NCBI GenBank assembly: GCA_905178155.1
Contig: CAJINV010000016.1
Location: 1,331,386 to 1,395,385, forward strand
Length of the DNA stretch: 64,000 nt
Direction: 5' to 3'
Origin: Amoebophrya sp. A120
Lineage: Eukaryota; Protista; Dinoflagellata
Shown piece after piece: positions 12,709-25,718 of the stretch; the stretch's first letter is position 1; every line of letters begins with the position of its first letter. The position numbers and the translations under genes were made by a program. A model generated the notes under the pieces. The model was not told where the DNA came from and made no database searches. It saw only the letters and a list, made by a program, of their open reading frames with translations.

Positions 12709-15700
12709 TTACGAAGATTCGACAGGAAAAGCAGCGACCTGCTCTCGTGCTTCTTCTTCATCTTGCTGTTTCTTCTCTGCTCCCATTCCCAAGGAGGTTT
12801 TTAACATCATTTTCGCACTTTCCGAATCTGCGTCGATTTGTTTTTCCACCTTCTCCAAAACTTTCTCCACCGCCTGGCAGCAGCCTTCCAGCATGCCACA
12901 CCATTCAGTCGCCGCCTCGGAAGACGCAAACCAGATGCGGCGGTTGTGAATCTTCTGCTGAACAACATTGATGTCCGAAGCACTACTACCAGAATTCGCC
13001 GTCGAGGCTCCCGAGTCTTTGCTGGTATGAACTGCAAAAGTATCGCACTCGTATAAATGCATTACAAATTTTCTCAGCATGAGAAATAAAATTTGTAATG
13101 TAGATTAACATTAAAAAAAAGATCTGTAATGCAAGACTTGCATTTATACGAGTACGAGACTTTTGCACTGCATAGCTGGCAGTCTTGGACAACTTTCCTG
13201 TCTCCGCTGATTTATTACCCATTGCTGGCAAAACCACCGTGCTATTCAAATCGTGGATCGGCCGCGGTTGGATCGGAAACACTTCCGGCGCACCGATCAC
13301 GTTCACCGTGCCGTCCCGACGCCAGTTTTTGAAAATATGGAAGTGTCAGAATCGAAATTGACAAAATCGAAAAACTTGTGATGCATAAAATCGATACCAG
13401 TTGGAGCCTCAGTTTCCAAGTGGCGCATGACAAATCTTGGAAGCACTAATAAAATCCAGTCTGTCATGCTGTTTGGGCAAAGAAGACTGCTCCTGTCATG
13501 GTACTCTGGCAGCGCAACGCCTTCCCTTAAACAGGCATGCCACCGGTCTCATTTGCTTGCTCCCCAACACAGGCCATACGTGCTCTACATTTCACGCATT
13601 ACAAATTTTTCGATTTTGTCAATTTCGATCCTGACAGTTCCATAGAAAAAAACGCCCTCGTACTCCTTCACCTGCTCCCTCGAGATACCGTCTGGGAGAG
13701 GCATGGAATTCAGAACCTGATCGCGATATTAGGAGAGAGTTTATTTTTCAGCTCGTTCAACAGCAACGCAAATTCCCGGCATAGAAACGACGCACAAAAT
13801 GCATCACAAATTTCAGTTTCACCAACTCGTCGGAGCATAAAAACTACTGGGGTCATCCTGAATTACAGAAACTTTTGTCATGCAGAAGCCGCACGATGCT
13901 GCTGAAAGCAAAACGCATTCCGAGATGAAGTACCTGATGCACGATCTGGTCCGCCACCTGTGTGTTGGTCAAATGCGCCGAGCACCGGCCAACCGTAATC
14001 GTGAACCCCAAGGCGTACAGCTTGACTTTGCTTGTAGAAGCCTTCGAACTAGCTGAAAGAGATTGACCAGTGGCACCACTGCGTCTTTCCCTTTCCTTCG
14101 CAGCATCTGCCACCGCGACCGGATTTCTGCTCACCGAGGCGACGTCTTCGGAGTCATCAATCAAACGAGGATTGTTCTTGGAACCGGTACCCGATGAACT
14201 ACCACTCCCCTTGATCGTACTCCTTGAAGAGGAAGACCGGCTTTTCCGGCTCCCAGACCCGGACCCGGACTGCGACAAAGTTCCCTTGTTATCTTCCCCG
14301 CAGTCCTCGGCAAATTCGGACACGTGCATCACCACCTCCCCCGCGTCGAAGACCTGCATTGCGTTGACCTTCGTGTTGTCTTGTGGTTGTGTCAAGGGCG
14401 TGCCCATCAGGCCCGCCTTGATTGATTGCGCGGTGGGGGATCTTTTCGTGTTTGGGTTCGGCGAGTTGTTGTCGGTGAGTTTGATTTTCCCGATGGTCTC
14501 GGAATTCCACCACTTTTCGGAATAAAGCAACACCGCCTTCCCGCAGCAACTCATCCAGATCGGCTGCGAGGCCATTTTCTGGCGGATGTTGTCGAGCGGG
14601 AGGTATTTCGGGTAGGACCAATAAGGGCCAAACTTCACGTCGGTCAAGACCTTCTTCGGCGGCACGGCGAGGATCACCTGCTTGCACGTGTAGCTGTGCG
14701 TCGGCGCGACCAGCTCTCCGGCTGCGTTCGTTAAAGCCGTGGTGGCTTTCTTCGTGTTGGTGATCCGGTCGAGGAGAGAAGTCGTCGTGATGAAGACTCT
14801 GGATTTTTCCGGGTCGCAATGTTGAGTGCTTGAAGAAGATGGAGATGCGGTTGTACCTTTTTTGTCCTTGTTTTCGACGTGGTCGCCTAACATGTTGTCC
14901 AACTTAATATCAGTTGACGACGAGGAGGCAGAAGTACTAGACGATGCGCGACCATCATCCTTCTCCTTGCTCATCTTCATCATCACATTCTCCTCCACAC
15001 AGCTCAGTAATTGCTCGCCCATCTTGATTTCCACTTTCCCCTCAATCGCTTTCCGTAATTTCTTCACTAATCGCTCCATACCGCCTTCCACCCGTTCCTC
15101 CCCCGTGAACGACCCCGGTTGGGGGACGGTCTTCACCTGAAACTCATCCAACAGCCCCTTGATCCGGTGCTGTTCCTCCGGCCAGACCCAGGTCGCGCCC
15201 ATATCCAGATTCGGGGCGGATAGAAAAGACTTGCATCTGCCGCCGAGGCTACTCGGGTTCTGCTCAATCAGGAGGATTTTCAACGCAGGCTTTGGCTTAA
15301 CAGCGTTTGCGCTAGCGTCGTCACCACCTGCTACTTCTTTGTCCTGGCTGTTTCTCTGCACCAGGCGATACGCCGACAACAGCCCGGAGACCCCGCCGCC
15401 CACGATGACAATGTCGTAGTCGTTGGCGGCTTTCTTCAGATTCGATTCCTTTTGAAAAGCTTCCGTGTCGAAGAAGAATTTCTCTTCCTTCTTGAACAAA
15501 TCGTAGCTGTATTTCAACTTCTTCTGCTGCAGCTGCTGCAGTTGAAGCAAATACGCGGACTGCTTCTTCTGCTGCGCTATCAAATGCAAATATGTCTGGG
15601 TCTGGAAGATGAGAAGACTTGTCATGCACATTTGGCATGGCCCATGATGTCTGTAATGTATGCGGTAGCATCACTGATTTCCTGAGGGCCTCCTGATGCC

Positions 15701-18700
15701 CATACTGCATGAGAAATACCCCCTCCGCGTAGCAAAACAGTCGACTTCTCTTGCTGCTTACGCAATACAGATGTTTTTAGAATTCAAGGACAGCATGACA
15801 AGTTGCATCTATCCAGACCCAGACATATTTGCATTTGATATGCGCGGAAGCCAGAGCTCGTTCCTTCTCAAAATGCGCCTTTTCGCGCAGTTTCGACGCG
15901 AAGGAGCTGATATGCATTGCAAAAGTATCGTACTAGTATGGATTGCAATACAAATTTCCTCAGCATGGGAAATAAAATTTGTAATGCGGATTTAACTTGA
16001 GAAAGAAATTTGTAATGCATGAATGGGGTTACTACGAGTACGATACTTTTGCACAGGATAGCTGACGGAAGAGGTGGCGGACAACGCTTCTTGCGGCGTT
16101 CCTGCACCGGAGGACGACGAGAGCTTCGCCTTTATGGAAGCGTCAGGTTTGAAATCGTCAAAGTTGAAATGATTTGCCATGCATAAAATGCGATTACAAA
16201 AAGTGACTCTATTGCCGAGGACGCAAGGGAAGCAGATTATAGTCCTGGTAAGGGTCTTCAAAAGTTGGACTGCTAACTAGCATGACAGAAGGCAGCTCTT
16301 TTGCCCTAAACCGCATGACAGACTCCTTTCCAGGACCGAGAAGATTTGTCATGCACCGACTACAAACTGTAGGTCTGACTGGTATCCGTTTTATGCATGG
16401 CAAACTATTTCAACTTTGACGATTTTAAACCTGACGCTTCCATAGCCTTCGCATTAACATTATTCTGCTCTTTGAGTTGATGACGTTTTCCCTCCTTGAT
16501 ATGAACTGCAAAAGTATCGCACTAGTATAAATCGCATGACAAATTAGCTCAGCATGACAAATGGAATTTGTCATGCTGTTTTGCCTTGGGATGAAGATTT
16601 GTAATGCATGACTGCGATTACTACGAGTACGATACTTTTGCACAGGATACTTGATCTCTTTCGACAAAACCGCACTCGACGCGGAGGCGGAGGACCCCAC
16701 GCTGCTGCGACCGGCACTGATGCTAGCGCTGTTATCAAGTGTAAAAATGTCTGGGTCTGGAAGGATGTAACCTGTGATGCGCATTTCAGAACACACAAAA
16801 ATCTCTCATGCATAGCTAGCAAAAGCTGCCCACTTTCTGTCACCAAAATGGGGGATTTGTCATGCGGGTCCGGCATTGCGGAAGCTTCTCGAAACTTGTG
16901 ATGCTAGAGCTTCATGCCAGACCTTCTGTGTCATGCAGAAACAGCATGACTCTTCCAGACCCAGACATTTTTACATTTGATAGCTGTGGCCGCTGTGCAA
17001 GAGACCTGCGGCTTTCGCTGCTTTGTGAAAGGCACGCATATCAAGCACATCCGCGCCGGGTGATGCTGGCATGCTGGGCGGAAAGAAAGGCGAGACTGGC
17101 GTAGAGCTACCCGTAGTACCCGCTGGGGAAGCAGCAGCAGTAGCGGAACCCGAGGATCCACCCGCGGTCGCGGATAGCGTGCTTGCATACGACATCGTCA
17201 GCGCCACCTGGTGCTGGAACAACGCCGCGTGATATCAAATGCAAAAATGTCTGGGTCCGGAAGAATGCAACTTGTGATGCTGCATTTGGATTCCAAAAAA
17301 AATTGTATTGCGTGAGTAGCAAATGCAAAGGGAATGTAATTTTTGCTACGCGGATCAGGCATTTGTCATGCGAAATAGGCTTCAAGAACCCCTCGAAAAA
17401 TCTGTGATGCTACGGCGTGCATCACAGACATCATGGCTCATGCAAAACGTGCATGACAAGTCTGAGAATCTCCCAGACCCAGACATTTTTGCATTTGATA
17501 CGTGAACCGCCAAATCCATTTGCTCCTGAGAAGGCAGCATCATGTGCAAAAGTATCGTACTCGTATTGCAAATAATGCATTACAAATCTTTTCACTATGT
17601 CAAATCCGCATTACAAATTTTATTTCTCATGCTGAGGAAATTTGTAATGCATTCATACGAGTACGATACTTTTGCAGTTCATAGGCAGCATCATGTGGTG
17701 AGGCACTGCAGCTCCTGGGGTCGCGGTTTGTTGTTCTAGAATCGGCGGCAAAGGCAAAGGCAAAGGCGGGGAAATCGGCGGAAAGGTCATCCCAAGTTGG
17801 CCGGGAGTTGTAGTAGTTGCCGCGGCAGCAGCAGCAGCAGTAGCTGCTGCATAATACTGGTCCTCGAAAGAAATGTGTTTTGTCGACGATGAAGATGCAG
17901 CAGTTTTTCCCAGCGCCAATTTTTGCTGCGTGCTGCTACCCTTTGCCTTTCTTGTTTTCCCGCCAGCAACCGGTGACGCGAAGGAGCCAGCGGAGCTGTG
18001 AGGAGACGTGGTGGTTGACGGGTAGTATGCAGCTCCACCAGAAGACATAGTCGTGGAGAACGTCGTTGTATCCGGTCGAGCGGTACTCCTAGTCGTTATG
18101 AGAGTGCACAACTCCCCCTCCCCCTCATTTGTCTGGCATGCACAGCAATACAAGCGTCGGCAAGAATGCAGGTTTTGCATGACAAATTCACCCAGGATTG
18201 TAGTGCTGTTTGAGGTTCCAGAACTTGTCATGCATAAAGTCCCAAGGGGCAAAGAATGGATTTGGAATTTTGCATTACAAATGAGGGGGAGGGGGAGTTG
18301 TGTAGTCTCATAGTCGTGTCCTCACCCGCAGTAGTCGACGGGGTCTGGTCATGATCCGAAGAAGAAGACAGGTCCAGACCCGGCGGAGCGCTGACTTTCT
18401 TATGGGAAGTAGTAGACCCCGTAGGGGTCGTGGTCTTCCGAAACCGAAACGTCGTCACTGCTTGTTTCGTTTCGCCGCTCTGCTCCTCCAGCTCAAAGAA
18501 CTTTTGAGACGAACTACTCGACGTAGAACCTCCTTTGTAATTATTCTTTCCAGCAACAACTACCGGCTCTTGTTGTTCCGCCGTTTCTTTATTACCCTTT
18601 CCCTTCTGCGCGGCAAGCAGGGCGGTTGCGAGTTGATCCATTAAGTGTTTCTCATGCGTCGTGGTTCGGGCTAGTTCCGAACTCGTCCCACGAGAAATTT

Positions 18701-19157
18701 GCTCCGAAGTACAAGAGCCCCCGAACGACGCGACGGCGCCCAAGGAGGAGGACTTCTTGGAGCTCCTGGTGGAATTTTTGTCCTGCTTCGTTGGTTCTTG
18801 TGGCTCTGCTTCTGCCATCGTCGTTGGTTCTACTTTGGGCGTCGACGGGGACATCACAAGCTCTTCCAGAGACAAAACCTGCTTGCGTTGTCCTCCTGTA
18901 GTTCCGCCTTTGTTCATCGCCGACAGGTAACTGTCGTCAGACGACCCGTTACGAGACGAAGCACTCCGCTCCGAATGCCCGGCCACGGTAGGTAAGACGG
19001 CCTGCTCCAACGGCAAAACACGTTTGCGCGGCCCCGCCATCGGAGATGGCAGCCGATTAGAAGCAGCACCGTGGTCTACACGACGGGGAGAGGACGAGGA
19101 GGGCATATTGCAAGACGAACCTTGCGAAAACTGTTGTTGGTGTCTGTATTCTGGCAT
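12709..19157 (-). CDS. Flavin-containing amine oxidase (MAO-like) with ~630-aa Ser/Thr-rich N-terminal extension; 12 exons, ~1,322 aa
   Basis: DIVIVGGGVSGL Rossmann motif, LGGR..LDMGATWVW, and C-terminal RIWFASSEAATEWCGMLEG. Removing 10 TIR introners (+1 TSD each) and one GT-AG intron (13717-13933) gives a 3,969-nt stop-free frame. Confidence 0.85.
13026..13174. mobile_element. TIR introner, family B, TSD gctgg
   Basis: Perfect TSD; join KTAS|KDSG in frame. Confidence 0.93.
13336..13644. mobile_element. TIR introner, family E, TSD gaaaa
   Basis: Perfect TSD; join EGVFF|KNWRR in frame. Confidence 0.93.
15578..15840. mobile_element. TIR introner, family A, TSD tgcgc
   Basis: Perfect TSD; join ASAQ|QKKQ in frame. 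Confidence 0.93.
15911..16060. mobile_element. TIR introner, family B, TSD gctga
   Basis: Perfect TSD; join SSVS|SFASK in frame. Confidence 0.93.
16133..16444. mobile_element. TIR introner, family G (TATGGAAGCGTCAGGTTT.AAATCGTCAAAGTTGAAAT), TSD gcctt
   Basis: ~38-bp near-perfect TIR; perfect TSD; in-frame join NAKA|KLSS. Confidence 0.93.
16500..16649. mobile_element. TIR introner, family B, TSD cttga
   Basis: Perfect TSD; in-frame join KEIK|EGKR. Confidence 0.93.
16733..16982. mobile_element. TIR introner, family A, TSD gctgt
   Basis: Perfect TSD; interior homologous to 58032-58283; join SGHS|ASIS. Confidence 0.93.
17233..17500. mobile_element. TIR introner, family A, TSD cgtga
   Basis: Perfect TSD; join LAVH|AALF. 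Confidence 0.93.
17538..17683. mobile_element. TIR introner, family B (inverted), TSD ggcag extended to a 14-bp repeat
   Basis: ggcagcatcatgtg at 17533-17546 and 17684-17697; left end CAT instead of TAT. Confidence 0.9.
18097..18312. mobile_element. TIR introner, family I (TATGAGA.T.CACAACTCCCCCTCCCCCTCATTTGT), TSD gtcgt
   Basis: ~36-bp TIR; perfect TSD; join EDTT|RSTA. Confidence 0.93.
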
Positions 19158-20882
19158 TCTGAGCAGGTTTTCGATCAGTTGCAAGATTTTTGAAGGTGAT
19201 GAAGATGTTGAGAAGAAATTTTTTATAGAGGGAGTTTTGTTTCGATTTCGATAGAAATACGATGTGTAATTGTGTCAACAGACGAGGAGAGGTTATTTGC
19301 GAAAAAGAAAGGGTCCAAAACCAAATAAACTTCTGGCGATGTTGTACTTGTTTGGTGCAGAGGAAAAAAAAGTAAATTTACAAGTGTTGTCGTGGTCGAA
19401 GCTAGACACAACTTCTTGGGGTCAACACAACTACTTCAGCAACTGTAGATTGTGAGATGAACTGTAACAGGGTAAAACTGCTAGATAGTTGTACTCTATT
19501 GAGGTAGCTTGGTGCAAAAAAATATCGAAAACTTCACCTTAGCAGGTGAATAAACGTCGACTATCGATTTTGGTTAGCAGCTTGAAGAACCAAAAATTGG
19601 GCGGTTGTATTTATGACGATGAAAAAGCCACTTGCAATCCGGGGTTTAACTCTTTAGGGGATTTGAGGAATAAGGATAAGCTATTTATTTCCGAGCACGA
19701 AGGAGGAACAATTCAAGGTCACTGTTTTTAGATTTATTGCAGGAGGCAGGATAATGATTTTCGATCTTGGTTGCCACGTATACTTATAGTTTGAAGATCC
19801 AGAATCCAACATTCGACCAGCGCTCCTCTTCGACATTAGCTATTGATATCCGATGTACGACTTCTACGATCTTGTTCAGAATTTCACGATCATCACGACC
19901 TTCCTTGCCGATTGTTCCAAAAAGTCACGTAGCTTCAGCCCCAGAGCTACTATCCACATCTGTCCAAAGTTGTACAAGTAGAGATCCAGCACCAGAAGTG
20001 ATTCTGCGACCGACACTCACGCTTTTCTTTATTTTCAAGTGCAATTGATCTGTTGTCGACTTTGTTTTTTTCACAGACACGGGGGATACGGAGACTTTTA
20101 CTACTTCTCTCACGATTTTTTTTTGCCGCATCGCTACAACTTAATTCGCAACTACCGATGAATTAAAATTATGCCTTTTTGCCTTGATCATTTTTGATTT
20201 TCATCTTGTTGCTGAGATTTATCATTTTCACTGACAGATGTGAGTCCGAGCCAAGTGACCAAGAGAGCAAGGTCCGCAGATCGAGATGAGCAATGTCTAT
20301 TTTTTTTGTTTCGAACAATTCAAACCAACAAATTGTGTTGGTCCACCTCGTTCAAGATTTTACTTTCCTCGTCATTTTGGATTTTCATTTTTCTTGAAAC
20401 CAACCATCAATTTCCTGTTTCTCGTTTCAAGCCGAAGCCGCTTGTAGCTGCCATTCCGCGGCGTCATAAGAACTACTTCGCATGATCTACTAGTACAACA
20501 TGCGACTTTGGATGATGTGAACGTGAAAATCATTGTTCTATGCGGCGCCATCAATTATGTGCTATGTTGTGTTTTTATGTCCATGATGAATAGGGTCAAA
20601 TCCTGTCGAAAGAAGTAACTTTGAGAAGATGCGCGTATGCATATAACTCAAAATTCTTCATCTCCCATTGTGTAAACAGGAGCTCCATATCATCTCATCA
20701 TACCTTCGGTGATGTAGTTAGTTTTCGAAAGATTTTGATAGCAAGCTGCATTTAGTTCTTCGCTGCATTCTATCGGAAATGTTTTTTCTTGGCCTTGCGT
20801 CTTGTGTGACGTAATTCTAAATTGTTCGAAGAGGATGTTGTGTTAGCGTCTGGTGCGCAATTACGCCGATGCTCCGCTATGT

Positions 20883-23800
20883 TTACTTCCCGCTTCCTTC
20901 GGGAGAGGATTTACTGTCCATGATACTCTGCTGCATCATTTTCAGGGGCGTCGCAAACAGTTTTGCGCACGAGTCGGCGAAGGTTTTCAGGGCGGGTTCA
21001 TCAACCAACTCGTTCGGAACAAGGTCCATCTCCAGGTATCTCTCGAACTTCTGAAAGTGCTCGAACGGGCCCCAGGAGGCTGATTTTTGTGTAGCGGTAT
21101 TGAATGAAGATCATCTTGAGGAAGAAAAAATAGACAGTGAGTGTCGACGTCTCCCGTACTGGCAAAAATTTCAACTTCCCACACCTCTAGTCGACAAATT
21201 TCATTCATCAATAAGCCTCAGAAACAAATAATCTAAAACAAACTTCATACCTTCCGGGTTCTTCAATTTCCTCAACTCCGCGTTGAAGAAATCCTTCGAT
21301 TTTCCCATCGCCTTCCAAATCTTGAATCGCGCCTCGTGCTCCTTAATTGTGCTGACCTTCATTCCCTCAATTTTCGACACAATCGCCGCCAGCTCCTTTT
21401 TCGCATCATCCACCGAGTTGATTTTCACATCGTTCTTCCCGCTTATTATGCCGAAAACTTCCGACAGGATGGAGAACAGCTCCTGCCTTAAGACCTCCAA
21501 ATCTAATTCCACTTTGCTCAATTCCGGATTGGACAGGTACTTGCTGACGAAATGTGTCAAGCAGGGCAACACCTCGGACAGCAAATAACTGTTCCGACTC
21601 GGCCTGGTTTGAAACGGTATCGCCTCGAGCTTTTCGTACTCCCCAGTGTCCGCACAAGTGGTTACAAAATTTTCTTCCATCTTCCTCTCCAAATTCGCCA
21701 ACTTCTGCAACAACTTTGCGCAGGTGATCGCTTTTTGCCCCTGCCGACAGAACGCTTGGTAAGAGAGCGAAAACGTGTGCGGGTCTTGCGGAGCGTATTT
21801 CTGGAGTTTCAACGCGGTGTCTTGCGCCTCCTTTTGCAGGTCGAACTTCTCGAGGTATTCGGTTCCGTTCGGATCGACGGACTTCGCGACTGTGCAGGGA
21901 AGGACGGTCGCTGCCTCGTGCTGTTTCGACTGCTCCTTCTCAACTTCAGCCTGATAAAGTTTATCATTATTTCGCTTTTCGTTGAAAATTTTTCGTGTGT
22001 GAAGGGACAAATGTGCACTCTTGGAGATAGCAATGTATGTTTCGTTCCAACATGGAAGATCGTTGCACTTTGTGCTTGGAAAAACAACGAATACAAATTC
22101 CTTCACCTTCTTCCCTTGTCTTTTCGCTGCGTGCTTCAGTTTCTTTTTCTCCGCAGCGGTTAATTCCCTGTTTGGATCCTCCGCCTCGGCACTACCAGCT
22201 TCGCCCTTCCCGCCCCCAACATTCGTTCCGGTGCTCCCCTTCTTGCCAATGTCTAGCAGCAAAACGCAGAGCTGGATCATGTCCTTCGCGGCTCGGCGGT
22301 AGAATTTGTGGGAAAACAATTTGTCCTGCAGTTGGAGCATGGAGACGTAGGTTGTCAAGCCGTTTTTCCTTATGCAGTAGTTGTGGAAGTCAAACTGGTC
22401 GTCGTTCATATCTTGGAAATGGCTAATGGTCGCCTTCATGTAGCGCAACGCCCGCCCGTAGATCTTTTGTCTTACGTAGGAGCGCGAAACCTCGGCTTCA
22501 TACCTGAGTTCGATGGTTGGGACAGGAAAATGTAAGTGTGAAAGGGAATCATGGCAACTCACGGCTCTCATGTTGCGTCAGATGTTGTATGTTACGAAGC
22601 AAAAAAAAAAATTCTGAAGGCGTAAAACTAAAATCAAAAATCCTCGCAGGAGTACCACATGCACTGCATGTCGTGCAGGTTTGTCGCTGCCTCGCTTGGT
22701 TTTTCTGTGGCACCCTCCCCCGCTGCGGCGCTGTCTCTTGAGAAAAGAATCATCGTTGGCTGCGCTTTCTTGCAGTCGTCGATTCGCAGCATCGCCTTCA
22801 CGGCACGGGTGTTGAGATACCTGTTGAACGTTTTGTATTGCATCACAAAGATCAGCTGTCGCTTCTTCTTCGGGCTGATACTGGATTCATCGCGCGATGA
22901 TGATGAAGCTGCATGTACTATTCGTGTGCTGTTTATCCTTATACGTTGCGCGTGCTGAGGATCTATTGGCGCATCACAACTATTTTTATTCTCGTTGAGT
23001 ACCTGTCCGCCAAGTCCAGTTCCCTAGCGGTGTTGTAGAATTCCGCGGCCTTCCACAAATCGCCGCTGTCCTTCAAAATCTTGCCCTTAATCATCATCAA
23101 TTCCGGGTGCGTTGGCGCCATTTCGATGGCCTTCTCGATAAATTGAAGCGCTTTTCCAAAGTCGCCGAGGATGTTGAAATGCTCCGCGATTAATTGGTAG
23201 AGGAAGAGGAGGGACGTGGGGGTGGTGCTGTCGACAGAATCGGAACCGTCGAAAGAGTAGTACTTCTCGAGTGGGTCTGTGGTTGATGTCGTTTTTGCGA
23301 TTACATCAAAGAACAGCTGCATGCTGGAATTCTGAGAGAGGAAGTAGTTGTGCATGGCACGACATCTATGCTTGTTCCAATTCATGGGCAACATCATGCC
23401 AAATCTGCAACACAAAAAAGCGTAAATATCAAATTCATACCTAGCAGGCTCAGCAGTGCTTCCTCGATGAGACTCCATCTGCTTGAGTCGTAGAAGTAAA
23501 AGGGCTTCAGCAGTCGGAAAAGCGATGGCAATCCCTTCTGCAGCCGTGGGCGAAGGAATTTCTGTTTAGTATTGAGATGAATATATTTCTTTTGGTACGT
23601 GGCAAGACAAACTTGGCGTAGCCAGCACTCATTGCATTGCAAACTGAAAAATTCATTCCCAGGTAGTACAAGAATCCACGCACTACTATACCTTCAGCTT
23701 TTCCTGGAAAAACGTTCCGCTGAGGAAGAACAGTCCTATTCTTTCCGCGGATTCCGACTTTTTCTGGTCTCTTAACTCGCCGAGGTACTCCAGTAGCTCC

Positions 23801-25718
23801 TTCTGTTTCTCCCCACTCAGTTCTCCGCCGACGGGAAAGCTCAAGTATGGCCTTTTCTGCTTCATCATTCGCTTCCCGATTCTTTTGTAACACGCTTTCT
23901 GCAAAAAGCTATTCTTTTCCGGGCAGAGCCAGCCGAAGACCGGGGACCCTGCTGGGTGCATTTCTGGCGGAAATGCCTGTGCGTTGCTCGTCGGGACTGT
24001 GCCAAACGGGATGGTTGAGAAGTCGATGTCTTTTACGTAGTTGCAGCTACTACTTGAGGATTTTTCGCATTTCTTAGAATCTTTGTCCTTCGGTGTCTCT
24101 TCCCCGGCGGTGGTTGAGCCCTCAGAATCCTCCTTCTTCGCTGCCTCAACTGCTTTTGCCGGCTCAACATCGCAGCACCCCTTTTGGCAAGCGGATGTTG
24201 GCTCCTCCTTTTTGGCTACTGGGGAGATGATTATTGGTGCTGGTAGTGGTGGCCAGAACTCGCGAAATCGCGGGTCAGTGGCGATCAGGCAGAGGATGTA
24301 GATGTGATTCTCTGGGTTTTTCATATACAGCTCCTTGTAAAGCGAATTCGCTTCCTGCATTTTGCCACAGTACCTGATGTTTTTGGGATGATCGTATAGT
24401 GATATCCACTTCAACACTTTCACTTTGTCATGCACCAAAAGATACCCGAACCGCAACGCACTTTCTTTGTCATGCTCATCCATACTGCTAACGGAAAAAG
24501 AAAAACTCGTTCGATCAGTGAAGAAGATGAAATGTCTATACATCAGAATCCTCCCCCTAATTTCCCGCAATTTCGTCTTATCCATGATTTTCTGTTCCTG
24601 GTCCGCTAACATCTCCAATAGTTCCTTCCACTGCCCTGACTGCTCTAACAGTGCCGCTTTGTACAGGACAAACTCCGATCGCTCCACCTTAGAGAAATCG
24701 TCGGCGAGCTTGGACTGATCGCATAAAGCTTCCAAGGCGCCGGCTGCGTTTCCGTTCATGTGGGCTGTCACTGCGTAGCCCACGATATTGATGTTGTTGG
24801 GCTTCATCTCTGTTTTTTGTGATTGTTTCATCGAGTTTGCGGCTTTGAACTTTTACTTTATCATGCGCTTCCACACGTCGAAGTCGAACGGTTGATGCGC
24901 TGTCTCTGCGCCTCGTCAACATGCATGAATAGAACAAGGTCCGACTCTAAACTCAGCATTGCAAATTGAGGAAGTTTAAGCAATACCCATAAGCTTTTTC
25001 CTGGTATCCACGGCGCCAGGAAATTCCCTCTCGTGAAGTTGAAGCAACGCCAGATCCCGAATAATCTGCAGGTTGTGCGGCTCGAATTTCAGGGCGCTTT
25101 CTGTGTTGCATTTGCATTTCAGTCCTGTAGTTCTAGTTCTTGGAAGTTTCTTTCGGTTCATTGTCTCTACGACCATGTGGTCGGCTAGCGGCTAGGACCT
25201 AGAAAGTTTACCACGCTAAACCTAAGGTTACATTTGTTTTATTGACATTGAAAGTTTACCACGCTAACACTTTACGACTGTCATGCCAAATCATGCAGCA
25301 GCGCAACACAGTCATCATGTTCTATACTGTAGCATTTTATTGCTTCGACGTAATTTTTGTCGTGCCTGTGCAGCAACCCGTATACGTGCCAACATACGTA
25401 GCTTTTTGTGTGCAGGCTTAATCCTAATTTCACCAGCTCGTAAGCCTCGTCTGTCTTCCCCGTGTATCGGAGCGTCAGCCCTTTCAGACCTGTGGTTTTT
25501 GGTGTAAGACTTGCGATTGTGAAGCTCAGCGACGAGGTGGAAGAGGAACTACGCATCGGCATGAAGTCAACATTGAGCGATCAAATTCATGCAAAAATTA
25601 TACAAAGTGTCTCCCCATGTTTCGAGTGCTTCTTCAGGATTTGATCGGACGCTCGCAGTGCTTTCTTGTACTGCTTTGTCTCGATTAGCTCCGCGATTGA
25701 TCGGGTTGAGACGTCCAT
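20883..25718 (-). CDS. NAA15: N-alpha-acetyltransferase NatA auxiliary subunit (NAA15/NAT1), TPR protein; GT-AG introns where traced
   Basis: ETKQYKKAL..HGETL, KGLTL..EAYELVKLGL..KSYVCWHVYGLL..EAIKCY, NLQIIRDLALLQ, ARELDLADRYLNT, NLHDMQCMWY, DDQFDFHNYCIRK: hallmark NAA15 segments in the correct order. Not every intron boundary was traced. Confidence 0.93.
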
